Program-made: the position numbers and the translations under genes
Notes under the pieces: model-generated
Databases searched by the model: none
Seen by the model: only the letters and a program-made list of their open reading frames with translations
What the model was told of the DNA's origin: nothing
Assembly (NCBI RefSeq): GCF_009914755.1
Contig: NC_060944.1
Reading direction: 5' to 3' (one strand)
From: the human T2T-CHM13v2.0 reference genome, Homo sapiens
Length of the DNA stretch: 64,000 nt
Shown here: positions 54,101 to 64,000 of the stretch, in pieces
Position numbering within the stretch: position 1 is the first letter of the stretch
How the letters are laid out: the number at the start of each line of letters is the position of its first letter

Positions 54101-56734
54101 CAGGTGGATATCTGGACAGCTTTGAGGCCTTCCCGGGAAACTAGTGTATCTTCACATAAACACTAGACAGAAGCATCCTCAGAAACTTGTTGGTGATGCT
54201 TGCATTCAACCCACGGAATTGAATATTTCTTTTCCTAGAGCAGTTTTGAAACACTCTTTTTGTAGTATCTGGAAGTGGACATTTTGAGCAGTTTGAGGCC
54301 TAGGGTGAAAAAGGAAATAGCTTCACATAAAAACTAGACAGAAGCATTCTCTGAAACTTCTTTGTGATGTGTGTACTCAACTCACAGTGTTGAACTTTTC
54401 TTCTCATAGATCAGATTTGAAACCCTCTTTTTGTAGAGTCTGCAAGTGCATAATTGGATAGCTTTGAGGATTTCACTGGAAACGGGAATATCTTCCCATA
54501 AAAACTAGAAAGAAGCATTCTCAGAAACTTCTTTGTGATGCTTGCATTCAACTCAAAGACTTGAACATTCCCTTTCATACAGCAGTTTGGAAACACTCTT
54601 TTTCTAGAATCTGGAAGTGGACTTTTGGAGCGCTTTGAGGCCTAGGGTGAAAAAGGAAATATCCTCACCTAAGAACTAGACAGAAGCATTCTCAGGAGCT
54701 TCTTTGTGATGTGTGTAGTCAACTGACAGATTTGAACCTTTCTTTTGATACAGCAGTTTTGAAACACTCTTTTTGTAGAATCTGCAAGTGGTTATTTTGA
54801 TAGCTTTGAGGCTTTGATTGGAAACGGGAGTATCTTCACATAAAAACTAGACAGAAGCATTCTCAGAAACTTCTTTATGAAGTTTGCATTCAACTCACAG
54901 AGTTGAACTTTCCGTTCCATACAGCAGTTTTGAAACTCTCTTTTTGTAGAATCTGTAAGTGGAAACTTGGAGCGCTTCGAGGCCTATGGTGAAAAAGGGA
55001 ATATCTTCCCATAAAAAGTAGACAGAAGAATTCTCAGTAAGTACTGTGTGATGTGTGTACTCAACTCACAGAGTTGAACTTTTCTTTAGAAAGAGAAGTT
55101 TTGAAACACTCTTTTTGTAGAATCTGCAAATGGGTATTTAGCCTGCTTTGAGGCCTTCATTGGAAACGGGAATATCTTCACATAAAACTAGACAGAAGCA
55201 TTCTCAGAAACTTCGTTGTGATGTGTGCATTCAACTCCCAGAATTGAACCTCTCTTTTGATAGAGCAGTTCGGAAACAATCTTTTTGTGGTAACTGGAAG
55301 TGGACGTTTGGAGCGATTCGAGGCCTATGGTGAAAAAGGCAATATCTTCACCTAAAAACTAGACAGAAGCATTCTCAGAAACTGCATTGTGATATGTGTA
55401 GTCAAGTCACGGAGTTGAAACTTGGTTTTGATGCAGCAGTTTTGAAACACTCTTTTTGTTAGAATCTTCAAGTGGATATTTGGATAGCTTTGAGGCTTTC
55501 ATTGGAAACGGGAATATCTACACATAAGAACTAGACAGAAGCATTCTCAGAAAGTTCTTTATGAAGTTCGCATTCAACTCACAGAGTTGTACCTTCCTTT
55601 TCACACAGCAGTTTTGAGACATTCTTTTTGTAGAATCTGCAAGTGGACATTTGGAGTGATTTGAGACATAGGGTGAAAACGGAATATCTTCCCATAAAAA
55701 GTAGACAGAAGCATTCTCAGAAACGACTTTCTGATTTGTGTACTCAACTCACAGAGTTAAACCTTTCCTTTGATACAGCAGTTCGGAAACACTCTTCTTG
55801 TAGACTTTACAAGCGGATATAAGGACAGCAGTGAGGATTTCATCGGAAACGGAATATCTTCACATAAAAGTAGACAGAAGCATTCTCAGAAAGTTCTTTG
55901 TAATGTGTGCATTCAACTCAGAGAGTTGAAAGTTTCTTTTGATACACCAGATTGGAAGCCTTCTTTTTGTAGAATTTGTAAGTGGATATCTGGACAGCTT
56001 TGAGGCCTTCCATGCAAACGAGTGTATCTTCACATAAACACTAGACAGAAGCAACCTCAGAAACTTGTTGGTGATGCTTGCATTCAACTCAGAGAATTGA
56101 ACGTTTCTTTTCCTAGAGTTTTTTTGAAACACTCTTTTTGTAGTATCTGGAAGTGGACATTTGGAGCATTTTGAGGCCTAGGGTGAAAAAGGAATTATCT
56201 TCACATAAAAACTAGACAGAAGCATTCTCTGAAACTTCTTTGTGATGTGTGTACTCAACTCACAGAGTTGAACTTTTCTTCTCATAGATCAGATTTGAAA
56301 CCCACTTTTTGTATAGTCTGCAAGTGCATATTTGGATAGCTTTGAGGATTTCATTGGAAACTGGAATATCTTCCCATAAAAACTAGAAAGAAGCATTCTC
56401 AGAAACTTCTTTGTGATGCTTGCATTCAACACACAGAGTTGAACATTCCCTTTCATACAGCAGTTTTGAAACACTCTTTTTGTAGTATCTGGAAGTGGAC
56501 ATTTGGAGCACTTTGAGGCCTAGGGTGAAAAAGGAAATATCTTCACATAAAACTAGACAGAAGCATTCTCAGAAACTTCTTTGTGATGTGTGTAGTCAAC
56601 TCACAGAGTTGAACCTTTCTTTTGATACAGCAGTTTTGAAACACTCTTTTTGTAGAATCTGCAAGTGGTTATTTTGATAGCTTTGAGGCTTTCATTGGAA
56701 ACGGGAATATCTTCACATAAAAACTAGACAGAAG

Positions 56735-59700
56735 CATTCTCAGAAACTTCTTTATGAAGTTTGCATTCAACTCACAGAGTTGAACTTTCCATTCCATACA
56801 GCGGTTTTGAAACTCTCTTTTTCTAGAATCTGTAAGTGGAAACTTGGAGCGCTTCGAGGCCTATGGTGAAAAAGGGAATCTCTTCCCATAAAAAGTAGAC
56901 AGAAGAATTCTCAGTAACTACTTTGTGATGTGTGTACTCAACTCACAGAGTTGAACTTTTCTTTTGAAAGAGAAGTTTTGAAACACTCTTTTTGTAGAAT
57001 CTGCAAATGGGTATTTAGCCTGCTGTGAGGCCTTCACTGGAAACGGGAATATCTTCACATAAAACTAGACAGAAGCATTCTCAGAAACTTCGTTGTGATG
57101 TGTGCATTCAACTCCCAGAGTTGAACCTCTCTTTTGATAGAGCAGTTCTGAAACAATCTTTTTGTGGTATCTGGAAGTGGACGTTTGGAGCGATTCGAGG
57201 CCTATGGTGAAAAAGGCAATATCTTCACCTAAAAACTAGACAGAAGCATTCTCAGAAACTGCTTTGTGATATGTGTAGTCAAGTCACGGAGTTGAAACTT
57301 GGTTTTGATGCAGCAGTTTTGAAACACTCTTTTTGTTAGAATCTTCAAGTGGATATTTGGATAGCTTTGAGGCTTTCATGGGAAACGGGAATATCTACAC
57401 ATAAGAACTAGACAGAAGCATTCTCAGAAAGTTCTTTATGAAGTTCGCATTCAACTCACAGAGTTGTACCTTCCTTTTCACACAGCAGTTTTGAGACATT
57501 CTTTTTGTAGAATCTGCAAGTGGACATTTGGAGTGATTTGAGACATAGGGTGAAAAAGGAATATCTTCCCATAAAAAGTAGACAGAAGCATTCTCAGAAA
57601 CGACTTTCTGATTTGTGTACTCAACTCACAGAGTTAAACCTTTCCTTTGATACAGCAGTTCGGAAACACTCTTCTTGTAGAATTTACGAGCGGATATAAG
57701 GACAGCAGTGAGGATTTCATCGGAAACGGAATATCTTCACATAAAAGTAGACAGAAGCATTCTCAGAAAGTTCTTTGTAATGTGTGCATTCAACTCACAG
57801 AGTTGAAACTTTCTTTTGATAGAGCAGATAGGAAGCCCTCTTTTTGTAGAATTTGCAAGTGGATATCTGGACAGCTTTGAGGCCTTCCCTGGAAACGAGT
57901 GTATCTTCACATAAACACTAGACAGAAGCATCCTTAGAAACTTGTTGGTGATGCTTGCATTCAACTCACAGAATTGAACATTTCTTTTCCTAGAGCAGTT
58001 TTGAAACACTCTTTTTGTAGTATCTGGAAGCGGACATTTGGAGCACTTTGAGGCCTAGGGTGAAAAAGGAAATATCTTCACATAAAAACTAGACAGAAGC
58101 CTTCTCTGAAACTTCTTTGTGATGTGTGTACTCAACTCACAGAGTTGAACTTTTCTTCTCATAGATCAGATTTGAAACCCTCTTTTTGTAGAGTCTGCAA
58201 GTGTATATTTGGATAGCTTTGAGGATTTCATTGGAAACGGGAATATCTTCCCATAAAAACTAGAAAGAAGCATTCTCAGAAAGTTCTTTGTGATGCTTGC
58301 ATTCAACTCACAGAGTTGAACATTCCCTTTCATACAGCAGTTTGGAAACACTCTTTTTGTAGTATCTGGAAGTGGACCTTTGGAGCGCTTTGGGGCCTAG
58401 GGTGAAAAAGGAAATATCCTCACCTAAAAACTAGACAGAAGCATTCTCAGAAACTTCTTTGTGATGTGTGTAGTCAACTCACAGAGTTGAACCTTTCTTT
58501 TGATACAGCAGTTTTGAAACACTCTTTTTGTAGAATCTGCAAGTGGTTATTTTGATAGCTTTGAGGCTTTCATTGGAAACGGGAATATCTTCACATAAAA
58601 ACTAGACAGAAGCATTCTCAGAAACATCTTTATGAAGTTTGCATTCAATTCAGAGAGTTGAACTTTCCATTCCATACAGCGGTTTTGAAACTCTCTTTTT
58701 CTAGAATCTGTAAGTGGAAACTTGGAGCGCTTCGAGGCCTATGGTGAAAAAGGGAATATCTTCCCATAAAAAGTAGACAGAAGAATTCTCAGTAACTACT
58801 TTGTGATGTGTGTACTCAACTCACAGAGTTGAACTTTTCTTTTGAAAGAGAAGTTTTGAAACACTCTTTTTGTAGAATCTGCAAATGGGTATTTAGCCTG
58901 ATTTGAGGCCTTCAGTGGAATGGGAATATCTTCACATAAAACTAGACAGAAGCATTCTCAGAAACTTCGTTGTGATTTGTGCATTGAACTCCCAGAGTTG
59001 AACCTCTCTTTTGATAGAGCAGTTCTGAAACAATCTTTTTGTGGTATCTGGAAGTGGACGTTTGGAGCGATTCGAGGCCTATGGTGAAAAAGGCAATATC
59101 TTCACCTAAAAACTAGACAGAAGCATTCTCCGAAACTGCTTTGTGATATGTGTAGTCAACTCACGGAGTTGAAACTTTGTTTTGATGCAGCAGTTTTGAA
59201 ACACTCTTTTTGTTAGAATCTTCAAGTGGATATTTGGATAGCTTTGAGGCTTTCATTGGAAACGGGAATATCTACACATAAGAACTAGACAGAAGCATTC
59301 TCAGAAAGTTCTTTATGAAGTTCGCATTCAACTCACAGAGTTGTACATTCCTTTTCACACAGCAGTTTTGAGACATTCTTTTTGTAGAATCTGCAAGTGG
59401 ACATTTGGAGTGATTTGAGACATAGGGTGAAAAAGGAATATCTTCCCATAAAAAGTAGACAGAAGCATTCTCAGAAACGACTTTCTGATTTGTGTACTCA
59501 ACTCACAGATTTAACCCTTTCCTTTGATACAGCAGTTCGGGAACACTCTTCTTATAGAATTTACGAGCGGATATAAGGACAGCAGTGAGGATTTCATCGG
59601 AAACGGAATATCTTCACATAAAAGTAGACAGAAGCATTCTCAGAAAGTTCTTTGTAATGTGTGCATTCAACTCACAGAGTTGAAACGTTCTTTTGATAGA

Positions 59701-62700
59701 GCAGATAGGAAGCCCTCTTTTTGTAGAGTTTGCAAGTGGATATCTGGACAGCTTTGAGGCCTTCCCTGGAAACGAGTGTATCTTCACATATACACTAGAC
59801 AGAAGCATCCTCAGAAACTTGTTGGTGATGCTTGCATTCAACTCACAGAATTGAACATTTCATTTCCTAGAGCAGTTTTGAAACACTCTTTTTGTAGTAT
59901 CTGGAAGCGGACATTTGGAGCACTTTGAGGCCTAGGGTGAAAAAGGAAATATCTTCACATAAAAACTAGACAGAAGCATTCTCTGAAACTTCTTTGTGAT
60001 GTGTGTACTCAACTCACAGAGTTGAACTTTTCTTCTCATAGATCAGATTTGAAACCCTCTTTTTGTAGAGTCTGCAAGTGTATATTTGGATAGCTTTGAG
60101 GATTTCATTGGAAACGGGAATATCTTCCCATAAAAACAGGAAAGAAGCATTCTCAGAAACTTCTTTGTGATGCTTGCATTCAACTCACAGAGTTGAACAT
60201 TCCCTTTCATACAGCAGTTTGGAAACACTCTTTTTGTAGTATCTGGAAGTGGACATTTGGAGGGCTTTGGGGCCTAGGGTGAAAAAGGAAATATCCTCAC
60301 CTAAAAACCAGACAGAAGCATTCTCAGAAACTTCTTTGTGATGTGTGTAGTCAACTCACAGAGTTGAACCTTTCTTTTGATACAGCAGTTTTGAAACACT
60401 CTTTTTGTAGAATCTGCAAGTGGTTATTTTGATAGCTTTGAGGCTTTCATTGGAAACGGGAATATCTTCACATAAAAACTAGACAGAAGCATTCTCAGAA
60501 ACTTCTTTATGAAGTTTGCATTCAACTCACAGAGTTGAACTTTCCATTCCATACAGCGGTTTTGAAACTCTCTTTTTCTAGAATCTGTAAGTGGAAACTT
60601 GGAGCGCTTCGAGGCCTATGGTGAAAAAGGGAATATCTTCCCATAAAAAGTAGACAGAAGAATTCTCAGTAACTACTTTGTGATGTGTGTACTCAACTCA
60701 CAGAGTTGAACTTTTCTTTTGAAAGAGAAGTTTTGAAACACTCTTTTTGTAGAATCTGCAAATGGGTATTTAGCCTGCTGTGAGGCCTTCATTGGAAACG
60801 GGAATATCTTCACATAAAACTAGACAGAAGCATTCTCAGAAACTTCGTTGTGATGTGTGCATTCAACTCCCAGAGTTGAACCTCTCTTTTGATAGAGCAG
60901 TTCTGAAACAATCTTTTTGTGGTATCTGGAAGTGGACGTTTGGAGCGATTCGAGGCCTATGGTGAAAAAGGCAATATCTTCACCTAAAAACTAGACAGAA
61001 GCATTCTCAGAAACTGCTTTGTGATATGTGTAGTCAAGTCACGGAGTTGAAACTTGATTTTGATGCAGCAGTTTTGAAACACTCTTTTTGTTAGAATCTT
61101 CAAGTGGATATTTGGATAGCTTTGAGGCTTTCATGGGAAACGGGAATATCTACACATAAGAACTAGACAGAAGCATTCTCAGAAAGTTCTTTATGAAGTT
61201 CGCATTCAACTCACAGAGTTGTACCTTCCTTTTCACACAGCAGTTTTGAGACATTCTTTTTGTAGAATCTGCAAGTGGACATTTGGAGTGATTTGAGACA
61301 TAGGGTGAAAAAGGAATATCTTCCCATAAAAAGTAGACAGAAGCATTCTCAGAAACGACTTTCTGATTTGTGTACTCAACTCACAGAGTTAAACCTTTCC
61401 TTTGATACAGCAGTTCGGAAACACTCTTCTTGTAGAATTTACGAGCGGATATAAGGACAGCAGTGAGGATTTCATCGGAAACGGAATATCTTCACATAAA
61501 AGTAGACAGAAGCATTCTCAGAAAGTTCTTTGTAATGTGTGCATTCAACTCACAGAGTTGAAACTTTCTTTTGATAGAGCAGATAGGAAGCCCTCTTTTT
61601 GTAGAATTTGCAAGTGGATATCTGGACAGCTTTGAGGCCTTCCCTGGAAACGAGTGTATCTTCACATAAACACTAGACAGAAGCATCCTTAGAAACTTGT
61701 TGGTGATGCTTGCATTCAACTCACAGAATTGAACATTTCTTTTCCTAGAGCAGTTTTGAAACACTCTTTTTGTAGTATCTGGAAGTGGACATTTGGAGCA
61801 CTTTGAGGCCTAGGGTGAAAAAGGAAATAGCTTCACATAAAAACTAGACAGAAGCCTTCTCTGAAACTTCTTTGTGATGTGTGTACTCAACTCACAGAGT
61901 TGAACTTTTCTTCTCATAGATCAGATTTGAAACCCTCTTTTTGTAGAGTCTGCAAGTGTATATTTGGATAGCTTTGAGGATTTCATTGGAAACGGGAATA
62001 TCTTCCCATAAAAACTAGAAAGAAGCATTCTCAGAAAGTTCTTTGTGATGCTTGCATTCAACTCACAGAGTTGAACATTCCCTTTCATACAGCAGTTTGG
62101 AAACACTCTTTTTGTAGTATCTGGAAGTGGACCTTTGGAGCGCTTTGGGGCCTAGGGTGAAAAAGGAAATATCCTCACCTAAAAACTAGACAGAAGCATT
62201 CTCAGAAACTTCTTTGTGATGTGTGTAGTCAACTCACAGAGTTGAACCTTTCTTTTGATACAGCAGTTTTGAAACACCCTTTTTGTAGAATCTGCAAGTG
62301 GTTATTTTGATAGCTTTGAGGCTTTCATTGGAAACGGGAATATCTTCACATAAAAACTAGACAGAAGCATTCTCAGAAACATCTTTATGAAGTTTGCATT
62401 CAACTCAGAGAGTTGAACTTTCCATTCCATACAGCGGTTTTGAAACTCTCTTTTTCTAGAATCTGTAAGTGGAAACTTGGAGCGCTTCGAGGCCTATGGT
62501 GAAAAAGGGAATATCTTCCCATAAAAAGTAGACAGAAGAATTCTCAGTAACTACTTTGTGATGTGTGTACTCAACTCACAGAGTTGAACTTTTCTTTTGA
62601 AAGAGAAGTTTTGAAACACTCTTTTTGTAGAATCTGCAAATGGGTATTTAGCCTGATTTGAGGCCTTCAGTGGAATGGGAATATCTTCACATAAAACTAG

Positions 62701-64000
62701 ACAGAAGCATTCTCAGAAACTTCGTTGTGATGTGTGCATTCAACTCCCAGAGTTGAACCTCTCTTTTGATAGAGCAGTTCTGAAACAATCTTTTTGTGGT
62801 ATCTGGAAGTGGACGTTTGGAGCGATTCGAGGCCTATGGTGAAAAAGGCAATATCTTCACCTAAAAACTAGACAGAAGCATTCTCAGAAACTGCTTTGTG
62901 ATATGTTTAGTCAACTCACGGAGTTGAAACTTGGTTTTGATACAGCAGTTTTGAAACACTCTTTTTGTTAGAATCTTCAAGTGGATATTTGGATAGCTTT
63001 GAGGCTTTCATTGGAAACGGGAATATCTACACATAAGAACTAGACAGAAGCATTCTCAGAAAGTTCTTTATGAAGTTCGCATTCAACTCACAGAGTTGTA
63101 CCTTCCTTTTCACACAGCAGTTTTGAGACATTCTTTTTGTAGAATCTGCAAGTGGACATTTGGAGTGATTTGAGACATAGGGTGAAAAAGGAATATCTTC
63201 CCATAAAAAGTAGACAGAAGCATTCTCAGAAACGACTTTCTGATTTGTGTACTCAACTCACAGAGTTAACCCTTTCCTTTGATACAGCAGTTCGGGAACA
63301 CACTTCTTATAGAATTTACGAGCGGATATAAGGACAGCAGTGAGGATTTCATCGGAAACGGAATATCTTCACATAAAAGTAGACAGAAGCATTCTCAGAA
63401 AGTTCTTTGTAATGTGTGCATTCAACTCACAGAGTTGAAACTTTCTTTTGATAGAGCAGATAGGAAGCCCTCTTTTTGTAGAGTTTGCAAGTGGATATCT
63501 GGACAGCTTTGAGGCCTTCCCTGGAAACGAGTGTATCTTCACATATACACTAGACAGAAGCATCCTCAGAAACTTGTTGGTGATGCTTGCATTCAACTCA
63601 CAGAATTGAACATTTCATTTCCTAGAGCAGTTTTGAAACACTCTTCTTGTAGTATCTGGAAGCGGACATTTGGAGCACTTTGAGGCCTAGGGTGAAAAAG
63701 GAAATATCTTCACATAAAAACTAGACAGAAGCATTCTCTGAAACTTCTTTGTGATGTGTGTACTCAACTCACAGAGTTGAACTTTTCTTCTCATAGATCA
63801 GATTTGAAACCCTCTTTTTGTAGAGTCTGCAAGTGTATATTTGGATAGCTTTGAGGATTTCATTGGAAACGGGAATATCTTCCCATAAAAACTAGAAAGA
63901 AGCATTCTCAGAAACTTCTTTGTGATGCTTGCATTCAACTCACAGAGTTGAACATTCCCTTTCATACAGCAGTTTGGAAACACTCTTTTTGTAGTATCTG
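56735..64000 (+). repeat. 22-monomer (2 x 11-mer, 3755 bp) super-repeat, two copies, second truncated by the window end
   Basis: Alternating unit haplotypes X,Y,X,Y. Pseudo-ORF pairs 57647/61402, 58166/61921, 59524/63279 and 60043/63798 are all offset by 3755. Confidence 0.9.

Larger units (their letters stand above)
1..64000 (+). repeat. Alpha-satellite tandem array, ~171-bp monomers, single orientation, extends past both window edges
   Basis: Hallmark alphoid motifs recur every ~171 bp: CATTCTCAGAAACTTCTTTGTGATG, CAACTCACAGAGTTGAAC, GCAGTTTTGAAACACTCTTTTTGTAGAATCTGCAAGTGG, AAAACTAGACAGAAG. No non-alphoid sequence seen. Confidence 0.99.

Noticed and set aside
362-63983. About 130 short ORFs (60-127 aa) on both strands in the ORF track
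   Set aside because: They recur with monomer/HOR periodicity, the + strand ones start at TTG/GTG, they are freely broken by stops and frameshifts between copies, and they are typical translations of alpha satellite. Used only as positional markers.
1-64000. CRISPR-like repeat/spacer appearance (conserved AGACAGAAGCATTCTCAGAAA every 171 bp)
   Set aside because: The intervening sequence is homologous monomer, not unique spacers; no cas genes; this is eukaryotic satellite DNA.
1-64000. Possible L1/Alu insertions or strand inversions
   Set aside because: All anchor spacings are whole multiples of ~170.7 bp and I saw no reverse-complement monomers or poly-A tails.

Overview
The whole 64 kb is one uninterrupted, single-orientation primate alpha-satellite (alphoid, centromeric/pericentromeric) array of about 375 head-to-tail ~171-bp monomers. 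I see no genes, transposon insertions or inversions, and every ORF in the track is a repeat artefact. The monomers form an 11-monomer higher-order repeat (HOR, 1875-1879 bp), labelled here m1-m11 with box types A-B-A-B-A-B-B-A-B-A-B and D1/D2-like (SF2/SF02-type) sequence signatures. CENP-B boxes are almost all degenerate (TTCA/TTGA in place of TTCG); I found only three canonical boxes, all in m9. Together with visible copy-to-copy divergence, this suggests an inactive or flanking HOR array. The informative signal is the recombination record: 8-mer, 4-mer, 7-mer and 13-mer structural variants with readable breakpoints, nested local duplications, 22/23/24/35/48-monomer super-periods, a haplotype shared across ~45 kb, and a 13-mer whose putative parents and collapsed forms are all in the window. 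I found no evidence of a novel coding system. All comparisons were made by eye, and the chromosome and species cannot be fixed without a search.
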